A stretch of 64,000 bases of DNA from the NCBI GenBank assembly GCA_030141605.1, contig JAQGDQ010000366.1:1-64000 (forward strand). Direction: 5' to 3'. Below the pieces are notes generated by a model, which was not told where the DNA came from, searched no databases, and was given only the letters and a program-made list of their open reading frames with translations. This stretch comes from Tubiluchus corallicola. Its lineage: Eukaryota; Animalia; Priapulida. The translations under genes and the position numbers were made by a program. Every line of letters begins with the position of its first letter. Position 1 is the first letter of the stretch. Below are positions 51,675 to 64,000 of this stretch, one piece after another.

Positions 51675-52578
51675 TTATTCGTACATAAAGGAACGTGACT
51701 ACCACGCTGTTACACAGTGCATTAGTAATATTTACAAATATAATTAGTTACATATTTACAATACATACATGAATACGGAAAACAAAACAATAAACAGACA
51801 GAAATGACAATTATTAACTTTAATAATTATACTTGAAAGTGCCAAACAATTATTTGTATATAATTAATCCTCCATCATGAACGTTGAAATTTCATTTAAT
51901 TCAGTCAAGGTACAAAAAGAGAAATCTCTCGCTTTTATTGTATTTAAAATATCCACGGCCGGAGATTAGAAATTTGATCTTCAGTTAGTTTGCGTTCCTC
52001 TTTAAATATGTCGGATGGTTACATTAATTACGTTGTTCACTTAATATTTAATTGTAATTTCTTCATTTGGTTGCATTAAGCAGATGGACACAAGCATTAA
52101 AATCATCATATAGTTAAACACATACACGTGACAGACTTACATTCCTGTTGTTAGCAAAAATAAAAATAAAAGAAAACTGACATTTTGCTCGGATTGGGCT
52201 TTCTCATAAAATAAGAATTAAATAATATATGTGCGATCAATATATATATATATATATACGTTAAGGTAAAGTCAATGCCGTTTAATTTGCATTAAGAATC
52301 GTAATTGAGAAAGTACGAATCTTATCATGGGGCGTGCGGGGAATAACTTCTACAGAATGCTGTAGGCGCGCGTGTGGCTTTGGGCTTGGTTAAAAGCTGT
52401 TATGATGGCTACGTCATGTTTTGCTGCTATAGGTACCTAAACAGGAGACGCGCTAGGATCTCGCGTCATAATTGCAAACCCGGAGATGTTTCATAGCAAC
52501 AAAACCACTGCGAGTTTTAAACTGCGAAGGGGAGAAACAAGACGCTTTTCTTTCGCGCGTTATTTAAAGTTATTTTAG

Positions 52579-52615
52579 GTGGTTACAATGAAGATTACAA
52601 TTGAGATTATATTAG
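52579..52615 (+). CDS. Candidate exon of the small membrane protein gene
   Basis: tattttag and gtacgt sites; VVTMKITIEIIL in phase 0 joins in frame to 54206. Confidence 0.45.
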
Positions 52616-53262
52616 GTACGTTTTTTCAATCCATTAATAACCCTGAAAGAGTGCCTGAACCTACAGTTTTATACTCTGTACGCATATATCAATTGTTCAC
52701 CGTTTTTCCAACACGCGGGAACAAGTTCGGCAACTGTCTTAGTGGCTAATTATTATGTTTTCGTCCCTCACTTCCTACTTCCGCTCTGACAAATCCACGT
52801 GTTTGGCTGATCAACAGAAAATGTCACTTCTAAAAACTGGCTTGACCTCATAACCGGTGTGCGTCGTTGCGGGACCCTACCTCTCATGTGACCGAGCTAC
52901 GTGTTGTTCTTACTTGCAGAGAAGACCTGAATACTGCATGCACGAAGCAGTTATTGACTTACGAATCAGTTATTGATCTATCAGGTTATAAGTCACCTGC
53001 GCATTGGACATTTAGGCAATGGTCACTTGGGCAGTTGGCACTTGAGAAGTGAATGACAGTCCAGTGGTAGCCAAACATATGGGCTGAATGACATTTGGGC
53101 AGTGAACACTTGGCGAGTGGAAATTTGGGCAGCAGGCACTCAGTCGGTGAACACTTAGGCTGTGCCACTTGGGCAGTTGACATTTGGGCAACGGGCAGCA
53201 CATTTGACCAGTGAAAACGTTAAGAAGTACAAGCGGTGCAGAAAATTTACAGAGGAGCACTA

Positions 53263-53930
53263 GCTACCTACCTACCTGATTACACACTTTCCTTCCTACC
53301 TACCTACCTGCCTACCTATCTAACTTACTTACCTACCTATTTACCTACCCACCTATATACCTGCTGTCTACCTACCTACCTAACCTACCTACGTAACTAC
53401 TTACCTACCTACCTACCTACCTACCTACCTAGCTACTTACCTACCTACCTACTTAACATTAGGGTACCTACTATTTATATACCAAATGATCCACCTCACC
53501 TACCTACCGACCTGGTTACCTACTTACTTACCTCCCTATTTACCTACCCACGTACCTACCTACCTGCCTGCCTACCTACCTAAAAACCCACCCACCCAGC
53601 CACCTACCTGCCTACCTACCCACCTGCCGACTGATCGACCAACCGAACGAGTGACCGACCTGCCTACCTACCTACCTACCTACCTACCTACCTACCTACC
53701 TACCTACCTACCTACTTACCTACCTACCTACCTAATTACCTACTTACTGACCTACCTTCCTTCTTAGCTGACTGATTGACTAATCAAAAACTAACTAATA
53801 AACTAAGTAAGTAATCCACCACTGTAGTTAATTATATAATTATTGTATAATTGTGAAAATTAATAGTCATATACAAATCATCTATTTACGTACTTGCTTG
53901 CTTACTTATTTACTTACTTACTTACTTACG

Positions 53931-53998
<68 letters not shown>

Positions 53999-54056
53999 GA
54001 CTGACTGACTGATTGACTGACTGACCGACCGACCGACTTACTTACTTACTTACTTA
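53263..54056. repeat. (CCTA)n, (CTTA)n and (CTGA)n tetranucleotide tracts
   Basis: Directly visible. Confidence 0.95.
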
Positions 54057-54205
54057 TAGTCTTGCTACAGCTGATGCGCTTTTGCGATGTAAATTATAAC
54101 GGACTCATTCTTTCTTTTGCGGCACTTTGAATGCGCATTACCAACTGTCGGTAGAAATAGAATATTTCAATTTTATAAGAAGAGCTAAATTATTTACTTT
54201 TTCAG

Positions 54206-54275
54206 CCTACAAGCTGGGCATTGCTGCTACGGGAATAGCCATAGTCGTTATAACATCGATACTGATTTATTTATG
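54206..54275 (+). CDS. Transmembrane exon of an uncharacterised single-pass membrane protein
   Basis: ctttttcag and gtaagt sites; (A)YKLGIAATGIAIVVITSILIYL(W) is a hydrophobic helix. Confidence 0.7.
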
Positions 54276-55017
54276 GTAAGTATCGACAACTAAAAGAAGC
54301 ACGATTTGTTTTAATATTTAAATACTGCTATTATATGAAAAAAGATTCTTGCCCGATGTATGTCCGTTCCAAAGACCTATATGTTTAACGTGAACCTGTG
54401 ACTAGGAGGGTGGAATCAGACGCCAGGCGGGCTGTTGGGTAAAGAAACTATGTTTTGAACTAATAAGCAACTATTATAATTATAAGTAGCCATTGACCAA
54501 CTGGTGGTATCTTTAGGATAAATAGGATAAATGCTCCTGTAGTCGAATTCTGTTTTAAAAATCGAAGTGATGGAATAATGTGGATGTGCAACTCATCATG
54601 AGAGGTGTTATGACACCGTGTAGAATCGTTTCTTTAGGTAATTATCAACCAATGAGAGTTATAACTCAGATTTTGACATGACGTTGCAGCTCTTGTTTGA
54701 ACTTTATCATTTAGTTCTAATCCTGTAGGAGTAAAATTGGGCTGAGTTTGATGGGTTGCACACACCTTATTAGTCTGGTAGATCTCCCCCTTTCATCCTT
54801 CCCTTTCCTGCCTTATTTGTAAAGTTTTCAACTGTGGCCAGTGGTAGATTTTAGATGAAGTTACAGACTCTTAATCTGCTTTCTTACGTTCATTACATGG
54901 AGCCACAAATGTCAGGGCAGCTTCAACTTCATGCGACAAAATTTCCTGCCCACCCTGTAGAAAGTTTTATACGTTTCTAACAGGAATTAATGTGTAATTA
55001 TGCGCTCATTAATTTAG

Positions 55018-55094
55018 GTGTGGTGGATTATGGAAAAGAAAGTCATCGTGGGATCCTGACCTTGAAGGCTGCTGCGATGGAGGATCCCACACTG
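55018..55094 (+). CDS. Juxtamembrane exon of the uncharacterised membrane protein
   Basis: CGGLWKRKSSWDPDLEGCCDGGSHT: basic stop-transfer residues after the TM helix; phases 2 to 1 consistent. Confidence 0.68.
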
Positions 55095-55619
55095 GTATCT
55101 TGTTTTTGTTTTTGCATTTATCATGTTTGCTATTTAAACTTCTTACTTGATCTCAAGACTGCTCAGAACAACAATTTTCTGACTGTCACCCATCCATTTG
55201 TCAAATAGGTCCAAAGATCACTGACTATGAACATTAATTCGGTATACGATCCATATTATTAGGCCTTGGAACTCACCGGACTTGTAATTTTTTTCCATAG
55301 CTTTTGTAAACCCTATAATGTGATGCTACGTTTATTGGTTTGTTAAGGTTGGTTTGCTGATACATTGATATCTAGTAGGTTGATTCAAGCAGCTAGATAA
55401 TTTATTATATATACTCTATAATCTGAACGTCTTATACATGTCCGTCAAAAATACTGTCTTGTATGGTTTTATGATGTTCTTGTATAATTGCAACCTCTTT
55501 TTTGCGTTTGTGTTTGATGTGTGTGGCAGTGAATAAACGAATGAGTAATTAAATAAATTATTGTGTTAAGATACGTTCATACACATCTTCGTGAATAGTT
55601 TTTTTTCTTTTCATTTCAG

Positions 55620-55737
55620 ACGAAGCTATTGAGACGCTACCTGCTGTACATGGACGGCCAAAGAAGCAAAACTTTTGGCTTGACGATCGAGCAATATACA
55701 AGTACGTGTTCCAAGATCTGAAGGATGAAAAGTATAT
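55620..55737 (+). CDS. Cytoplasmic exon of the uncharacterised membrane protein
   Basis: Long polypyrimidine tract with tttcag acceptor, gtacgt donor; (D)EAIETLPAVHGRPKKQNFWLDDRAIYKYVFQDLKDEKY(I). Confidence 0.7.
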
Positions 55738-55850
55738 GTACGTTTCATTTAAAATTGTTATCATAATAATTTATTACAATGCATAATATTAACAACATAT
55801 GCATTAATATGTACAACACCATCAATGTTGTGTTTCAAATTGTGTTACAG

Positions 55851-55917
55851 ACTGGCAAAGTGGAGAGCAATGTACAACCCGAACGCACACCTGTTCTTCG
55901 AAAACGAAGTGAATTGA
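55851..55917 (+). CDS. Terminal exon of the uncharacterised membrane protein
   Basis: gttacag acceptor in phase 2; LAKWRAMYNPNAHLFFENEVN*. Confidence 0.65.
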
Positions 55918-56498
55918 ATTTGATATTTTTTGTCATTTTTTTGCCTTTGTTAACTGTATATAATTAGTTAATGCATACATTAATGACCTTATTACCAGTT
56001 GTTAATCAAGTCAAGTATTTTGCCTACAGATTACAGTTTTTATACAATGGATGGTATCGAAAACTTCAATTTCGTTTTAATTTTAATACCCAGACAGAAA
56101 AAATGAATGTTAAAACCGAATGACCATATTACATTATTTAGTAACAACTGCTGTAATTAAAAGAGCTTTGTATTCTGTTTGTAAAATATGCATAACTCTT
56201 ACATTTTACTGTTTTGATTATAATTGCATTTGTCTGTCTTTCTGTTCTGCAGTACTTAATCATGAACATAAAAAATATTCATTACCAAACAACTCAAAAA
56301 TCATGTAAAATGTGGCCACCACAATAATAACAACAAATTTATTCACTTTTACAACCAAAACTATTAAGTTCAATACAAACACAGTAAGAGAAAAAAAATC
56401 ATGATTTTCACGAGATTTTAGCATAAATATTAATATTTACAAGATATTAATAGACAGGTGGTTAAGAGCACTGATAGCAAGGAAATGACCAAGTACAA

Positions 56499-56972
56499 GG
56501 TCAGAATTTTATTTTATAGTATAGTACTTAACAGCTGTGCAACAGGTTAATATGAAGCAGTAAAACCAATAGCAAGGTTAACATTAAGTTGAATGAGAAG
56601 TTATTGTATTCAAAAAATTTCGTTAAGTTTCAGAAACTTCTCGACAAATAGAAATGAATTATGGAATTACGTTTCCATTATTTAGTAAAATAATTGAATA
56701 CGCGATGTTCGAAAATGACCTATGGATTTAAAAAATCAGAAGAATCAAATTTTTAAAGTTGTTGGACAAAATTTAGCAAGCCGTAACGATTATTACATGT
56801 CTTACGTTGTAACATCGCTATAGCTCACAGTCATATTGGCTTTATTAATATTATAATAATTTGAAACATCGTTGAACAATAATTTGAACATTTTTTTCAT
56901 TTCTGGAGATTAAAAAAAGAAGAAAGAATAAAGTTGTAAAAAATAAAATAAAAAAATAATGAAGTTCCTATA
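56499..56972 (+). repeat. ~475-bp direct repeat, second copy at 58430-58918
   Basis: ggtcagaattttatt...aatgaag(t/a)tcctata nearly identical at both sites. Confidence 0.92.
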
Positions 56973-56976
56973 CCAA

Positions 56977-57703
56977 AATTTCTAAGACTTAGTCGCATGC
57001 TAGCGCCATCTACGGGCAACTTTTGTATTAAAAAGACTGAACATGATATGACCTATAATTATTGATTTTTAAACAGAAAAATGCATGGAAATAACAAATG
57101 TGCAAGCATTAAAATTGAACCAGGAACCTTTAGATTACAAGTTCAGTACCTTGAACACTAGGCACAAGTGGTGACTAGGAAAAGTCTTTATTGAACTTTA
57201 TTCGTTCAATCACCAAGACAAAATTTCTATGACTTACTCGTATGCTAGCGCCATCTACGGGCTGCTTTTGTATTAAAAAGACTGAACATGATATGACCTA
57301 TAATTATTGATTTTTAAACAGAAAAATGCATGGAAATAACGAATGTGCAGGCATTAGAATTGAACCAGGAACCTTTAGATTACAAGTTCAGTACCATGAA
57401 CACTAGGCACAAGTGGTGACTAGGAAGAATCCTAATTGAAGTTTAATAGTTCAACCACCAAGACAGAATTTCTAAGACTTAGTCGCATGCTGGCGCCATC
57501 TACGGATAGTTTTTGTATTAAAAAGACTGAACATGATCTGACCTATAATTATTGATTTTTAGACAGAAAAACGCATGAAAATAACAAATGGGCAAGCATT
57601 AGAATTGAACCAGGAAACTTTAGATTACAAGTTCAGTACCATGAACACTAGACACAAGTGGTGACGAGGAAGAATCCTAATTGAAGCTTAATAGTTCAAC
57701 CAC
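56977..57703. repeat. ~245-bp tandem repeat x3, each with a CTCF-like motif and a tRNA-like segment
   Basis: gcgccatctacgg at ~57003, ~57249 and ~57493; minus-strand B-box-like ggttcaatt in each unit. Confidence 0.85.
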
Positions 57704-60465
57704 CTAAGTTTAAGTTTGTGTCCGGTTTTGCTTTAGTACCGTAGTTTTGGCAACAGTTGAGATTCAGACTTAATTACTTATCAAGTACCTTAGACTGCTA
57801 CTGGTGTCCTTGCAGTTGTCCGTAATGGCAGTAACGTATACAGGTTTATCAACTTGTCTAAAATAGATTTTTAATGTGCTATGTGTTGTTGTAAAACGCT
57901 TACTGATTTTTAATGGAATGATTTTAATACAGGCCTGCAGCAAAGACGTTGTCATTAAATGTTCATCTCAAGTGCCTCGAATTAAAAAAGCATTTCTTAC
58001 GATTTAAATTATTTCATTTTAAAAATCGCAGCAAAGAATTTTATTACTTAGGTTGGTGGTTAGTGTTAAGGTATCAGAACCTGCGTTAGGTTTCAACCAT
58101 GACTGTAAAGCAACACACCCTGTCTAAACAATCAATTAAAAAAGTGTTGAGTGTTTGTAAAGCATTGTGAACAAACTCGATATCCCATTATCTTTGTGCA
58201 TTTAAATATATCCCTGTCCTCTACTGATGTTGAAGAATTACAACCAAAGCAATAAAATTCAAATGCAAAGCTGGTTGGAAGTGGAGCAGGACCTGCATGA
58301 TAATTTATTCCATTTTAATTTCGAAGGTGACATCTGATGTATGATTCCCTGAACACCTTGGAACCTAGTAATCCAGGGTTGCTCTTAATTAATATTCCAT
58401 GACTTGCATGGGCGTGGCACAATCGATCAGGTCAGAATTTTATTTCATAGTATAGTACTTAACAGCTGTGCAAAACCAGAATAATACAGGCTAATATGAA
58501 GCAGTAAAACCAATAGCGAGGTTAACATTAAGTTGAATGAGAAGTTATTGTATTCACAAAATTCGGTAAGTTTCAGAAACTTCTCGACAAATAGAAATGA
58601 ATTATGGAATTATACGTTTCCATTATTCAGTCAAATAAATTGAATACGCGATGTTCGAAAATGACCTATGGATTTAAAAAATTAGAAGAAATAAATTTTT
58701 AAAGTTGTTAGACAAAATTTAGCAAGCCGTAACGATTATTACATGTCTTACATTGTAACATCGCCATAGCTCACAGTCATATTGGCTTTATTAATATTAT
58801 AATAATTTGAAACATCGTTGAACAATAATTTGAACATTTTTTTCATTTCTGGAGATTAAAAAAAGAAGAAAGAATAAAGTTGTAAAAAATAAAAAATAAA
58901 AATGATGAAGATCCTATATGACGTGGCATAGTTGATGAGAAATAAAGAGATGCTACATAGACAGAATAAAGGACAGTACACCACCTTCGACCAACTCACT
59001 GTGTATGTGGACAGGCTGCGTGAGAATTGAATTTATTTTTTGAATTATTATGTTGTTCTTTTTCAAATTAATTCAGCACCAATACAATATCTGCTCTCAT
59101 AACAGTACTCAGTAAACAATTTTAGCCTTTAGAAAATTAATTTGCCAAACCTGCCCTCATAAAGCTACTCAACTAAGCAACTTTGGCTGCTAGAATATTA
59201 ATTTGTATTTACAAATGTGTTTATATAAGTTTCTGTGTGTGTTCTTGAATGGTTATTTACTGTTGTAACTGTATTTTGAATGTGAACTTTAAGTTTGGAA
59301 TGAATGATAAATCAATCAAATTAAAAAACCTGTAGAGGTGAATTAATAAAATTGTTTTATCAGATTAATGTATGCTCAAGATTTCATTTGTAAAATAAAA
59401 AACTTCGTGAGTGAGTTTTTTGTGATGAAAAAAATTCCAATGCTGCACAAACCTGTAAATGTAAATTCTAGGTCTTTCACTCATATTGCAATGAAATTAC
59501 TGTCGAGTTTCATGGGACTAAAGTTAAGCGCGAAAATAACCAATTTTTTTATGCAACCTGAATCCTTCAACGAAAATCTGGCACACCAGTTAAACAAAAA
59601 TCTTAGCAATGAAAGCATAATTTCAGTTACATATATTTAGAGGTACAAAAGTGCATGTAAAATGCATGAATTTTGATATTGTTTACATATAAAAGGTTTA
59701 CATAAATCACTAATGTGCAATGGTATTTAAGCAGTCTAAATTGCCCTTATTAGGCTTTGCGAACAAAAAACAGAGGGCTTACTACCTATCAACTTTATAT
59801 ATAATTCTATATAGTGGAATAGGTAGGCAGCTAGAGGCCACTGTGAGGTTGACCTCCTACAAGCAAACGTCATATAATCCGCCTAATTCGTTCGGTTATT
59901 TTTTTCTTTTCAACAGTTTCTTTATAGTTATGTGCTAATTTGCGCGTTATATATCTAGCATTAGTACTCTGTGTTTATTGTATTAACTATATTGTGATAT
60001 GTTGTGAACTAACTTATTGAGATAAAGTGAATAATTATCTATAATTGGTTGTCCTGCTGTGATAGAAAGTAATAATGTAAATGCACCAAATCATGTAAGT
60101 TGCAATAAATTATAATTTGGGTGACCACTCTTTTAATCAAATAGTTGTGCGGTTTTTCTTAAAAGTCAAGAATTAATCTAAATTATATGTTTCAATAGCA
60201 GCAAACCATTTTAATTAACAACTCGTAGACATAAGCATTATGCCTCTTTTTCTATAAAAACAAATTAGACCATATATATATAATTCTATTTCAAGAAATT
60301 AAAAACCAGGCCGATGTCTCTCCCACAAACTTCTGAAAAAAATGAGCATTTTTCACACTCCGCCACGTTTGACCTCAATTTGTTGGGCTTTTGCATCACG
60401 ATATTTAAACCAGTTGCAGGTTATGCCTTCTCTGGATGTAAGACAATTTACCTCTGTTGTTACCA

Positions 60466-61326
60466 TCACTGGCATCTCAGAATCTTCTTGAACGCTGCTC
60501 TAAATTTAGCATTTGTTGCCACGTATATGAAAGGGTTAACTGCGCAATTCCAGTAAGTGATCCGTGCTACTATTTGGAAGGATAGGTCTGACGCACACAA
60601 TGGACAATTTGCAAACGTCATCGCCAAGATTGAGTATGGACCCCAGCAAATGAAAAATGCAACAGTGACGATGGCTAAAGTTTTCGTTGCTTTCATTTCC
60701 ATCACTCTTGTACTAGTTTGTCGGTTTTTCTCGTGAATTTTCAATATTTGCTTTCTTGCTGCTCGCCATATTAATGCATACAGTGAAACTACAACTATCA
60801 TAGGTAGATAAATTGTTATAGTTATGGTAGCAGTTGTAATTAAACCCAATGTGTCTATGTATGCTAAAATAAAGGCAAAAAGCCACGTAATAGATAATAT
60901 CGTACTTAATGTTCTCTTTGCAAAGTATGTGTTGTATTTGAAAGGGTGCAAAACTGCTACGTATCTCTCACCTGCAATTAAACACAAGTGTATTATACTG
61001 CTGTTCAGAACCACATATATTACAAAAAGTTCAGCAGAGTAATACAAAGTGCCAAAATGCTCAGCGTATACTAGACCAATGATTTCAACTGGTAGTGGTA
61101 CCAGTCCAAATAGCAGATCTGTTACAGCTAGTGATACGATCAGTGCATTCGTTCTTGTTTGCAACTGCTCATATTTGTAAACTGCAACTAGAACTAGCAA
61201 GTTTCCAGTAACTATAATCACAGCTAGGCACACAAGAAATGTTACAGTAGCCAAAGTACACCAACTTCCATACAGATGTAGGGCGCAAGTTGTGTTTCCT
61301 GCTGTACTGTAATTGTCACGTAGCAT
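60466..61326 (-). CDS. Intronless class A (rhodopsin-like) GPCR, 286 aa
   Basis: GN in TM1, SLAVTD in TM2, ERY in TM3, W in TM4, CWGP in TM6, NPFIY in TM7, helix 8 FRAAFKKILRC. Confidence 0.93.
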   Translation of the reverse strand: MLRDNYSTAGNTTCALHLYGSWCTLATVTFLVCLAVIIVTGNLLVLVAVYKYEQLQTRTNALIVSLAVTDLLFGLVPLPVEIIGLVYAEHFGTLYYSAELFVIYVVLNSSIIHLCLIAGERYVAVLHPFKYNTYFAKRTLSTILSITWLFAFILAYIDTLGLITTATITITIYLPMIVVVSLYALIWRAARKQILKIHEKNRQTSTRVMEMKATKTLAIVTVAFFICWGPYSILAMTFANCPLCASDLSFQIVARITYWNCAVNPFIYVATNAKFRAAFKKILRCQ

Positions 61327-64000
61327 TTTTATATGTTACCATTTCACATGATCACCAACGTTACTCTGACATGTTTGTTCACTCGAGAAATACAATTCTG
61401 CTTTTTAACACAGAAGCCTGCACATCTCATTAGTATTTTAGCACGCCCATACTTTTGTTAGTATGGCATCATTACAAACAACACATCTTGTGTACATTCC
61501 TAAAAGCCTTCGTTTAATTACGTATATATAATAGAGAGTAGCATATTGCAATGATTGCTGCGATGAATACCCTATATTTCGAAGACAATAATTATTACAC
61601 TCACAAAATGGCGCAAATAATGTCCATCTAAACAAAGAATTTAAAGCTAACTGTTATTTGATTGTAAAAACTACGTTTGTAGTGATAATACAATATTAGC
61701 AATGTAAGCTTTTTGTCTTGTGAACCTCATATCTTGTCCGGAGGCAGATGCTTTGCAAATTCTCAAATTGGACAAACGATTTTGCAAAGACAAAAATGCC
61801 TGCCGTATTAGCACATCGTGCTTTTATAAAGGTGCTGCATACACTTGATGTAGTGCATAGATTTATGATAAGATACATAGTGAAGAAAAGATTTATTACA
61901 ATCAACACTAGAATATTAATATTCTATGACTATATTCAACTACAATTTTCACACAAAAAAACCTAAGGCTGCTGTTTTTTTATCTTGTTTTTAAAGAATA
62001 AACAGTTTCAAACAAATTCGGTAAGTTAGCAAATACAAGTTGAATCCAGTATTGCTGTATGGTGCTACAAACTTTTTGTATTAATATCCTACAAGGATGA
62101 CAACCAGGCAGACAAGATTTCAGGAGAGTTCGCTTCTCGACTGTATAGAGCTGTTTTCCATCTGTTCCAAACATCCACAGAAATGGGCTATTTGCAGAGC
62201 TGCACAAAATTTATTGTTGATTAGTTAAGGTGGTGAGATAGTAGACATCTTGGATTATGTTGAACTCAAGTGGAAAATGTTTCAAAACCAAGTACGTTGT
62301 TGTTTAATTGTCTCAGCATCTGATTATTTTACTAAATGCTGTTTTAAATCTCTTATTTGATGCCGCATATATGATGGGGTTGATTCCGCTGTTGCAATAT
62401 CCAAATAGCATTATATATTTTTCTTGAAATGCAGAAACTGCATCTGGGGTTGATTATGGAAAACACTGTAAATGGTGCAAAGCAAACAACAAACGCAAAA
62501 TAGACTCTACATCATATGACGTCAGAAACTAACACAGCAGTCAATGATCATGCTTATCACGGTACCACCTTCTATTTGTCGGCCACGCAAATGTGACAAA
62601 AAGGCGCCGTTGCCAATCTTATTAGATTCACTGAGCCGCACGTAGCTTTGGAAGTTTAACGAAATTTAAGTACCCGAGGTAATTATTATTTAATCTAAGC
62701 TTTAATTTAAAATAAGCTATTGTAGTTTTCAATATTTTTCTTTGTTCAGACCATTCTTTGTTCTGACCTCGTGTTTACACAATCTTCCGGTTTTCGTCAA
62801 AGTTATAATTGTTACATCTTTGTATTGAATAAGGACGAATAAGTTCGCATCATCTTCTGTTGCTTGAATAAAGAGTCAAGGGTGCAACGGGCCCTGCATG
62901 CATTTCAGGGGGTATCCAATCTCAAATAGCAATTTTTCTTTAGAAATTTCAAATTTTTGCTGCCAAGTTAGTTGTACAAGCTGGTTTACAGTCTCAGTTT
63001 TCTAAAAAAATGTCATACCATGTTCTATATACAATGACAAATCTTGGAATTTGTTGATATTTTTTTAGTAATCAATGCTCTCCCCTTTTTTAGTTTATTC
63101 TTGCCCTCGTTCGCCAGAATAGTGACGTTATTAACAGTGGCGGCTAGTTAGTTGAGATTCTAAGAAAATGTTAAGCCATTATTTTAATATTGTGTAAAAC
63201 GAAACAAACACATGTAATTTTAATGTTCTAATTTGTAATTGTAATTTTAAACAAACAAACATAGGTAAGTTGTTCATAAACTTGTTAAAATTCTATACAA
63301 AACTACTTTTGCTTACTAATAGCCTAAATTATCGCAGCTCAAGCTTGATCCACTCACAGTAAGCATGTGACAACTGACAACAAACGGTGTGAGCGACAGT
63401 ACATTTTCTACGTGGGCTCAGACATGTGCGCATGTGCAGTTCCACAGTACTTATACACGAGCCACCACTGGTTAATATGAAGACCGTTGTTCCGCTCGTT
63501 TGGAATTAGGGCAGGACAATTTAGCCAATTTTAATGGCAAATTCCTTCAATCCCTTATGAAATTTCCTTCCTTATACTTATGAAGTGAGACAATGGTAGA
63601 TAATCTGTTAAATATGCCTAATGATTTTCAAGATAATATAAAGTTAAATTCACAATGTGTTTACCAGTTGTCACAGCACTAATGATTTTCAAGCATGAAA
63701 TTCAGTAGATAAGCTTCTAATATTTATTGAAAAATGGGTTTACCAATTGGGGGGTAGTGGGTGACATAAAATCAAGAAGCTGACTCTGTGCATAACCAAA
63801 CTTGTGCACGCCAGAGGTCAGCACGAGGTTTGACGTGCTCGTATTTCTTTTGTAAGCCTTGCTTATTCAGGTGGCTTATACATCACACATCATTTTTCTT
63901 TTCGCAGTGTCAAAACAGATTGGGGCCAGAGAGGCAATTCAACATATACCATCAAGATATCCTTTGTTAAATTCTTATCTAATGCTTCTTCTAATTAGTA

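Noticed and set aside
55918-56300. SECIS element for the in-frame TGA model
   Set aside because: ATGA..AA..GA spacings are present by chance, but I could not form the required stem.
57770-57955. Short ORF with VTAITDN resembling a hAT transposase motif
   Set aside because: Too short, with no further transposase motifs recognisable.

Overview
AT-rich, repeat-dense eukaryotic (invertebrate animal-like) genomic DNA; no prokaryotic features and no CRISPR. I assembled spliced genes by hand from GT-AG sites and reading phase. (1) The 5' end of a PAF-acetylhydrolase (PLA2G7/PAFAH2-like) gene on the minus strand, running off the left edge; its first conserved coding exon sits in the loop of a ~1.8-kb inverted duplication. 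(2) A complete 16-coding-exon EPS8-family gene on the plus strand (17472-46418, ~878 aa; PTB, central EGFR-binding region, SH3, SAM-like effector region), probably head-to-head with the PAF-AH gene across a short promoter near 10.1-10.7 kb. (3) An unannotated small multi-exon single-pass membrane protein gene (~48.8-55.9 kb, plus) that the ORF track misses. (4) An intronless rhodopsin-type GPCR (60466-61326, minus) with almost no ECL2. Introns and intergenic DNA hold many MITEs (Kolobok-, piggyBac-, pogo/Tigger-, Harbinger- and hAT-like), CR1/L2 LINE fragments, a Gypsy LTR/gag relic, tRNA/5S-derived SINE-like elements and many minisatellites. Several satellites visibly arose from MITE interiors or from splice-acceptor sequence, and two arrays multiply regulatory motifs (AP-1; CTCF plus Pol III B-box). 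All family assignments come from remembered motifs, not database searches, and TE boundaries are approximate.
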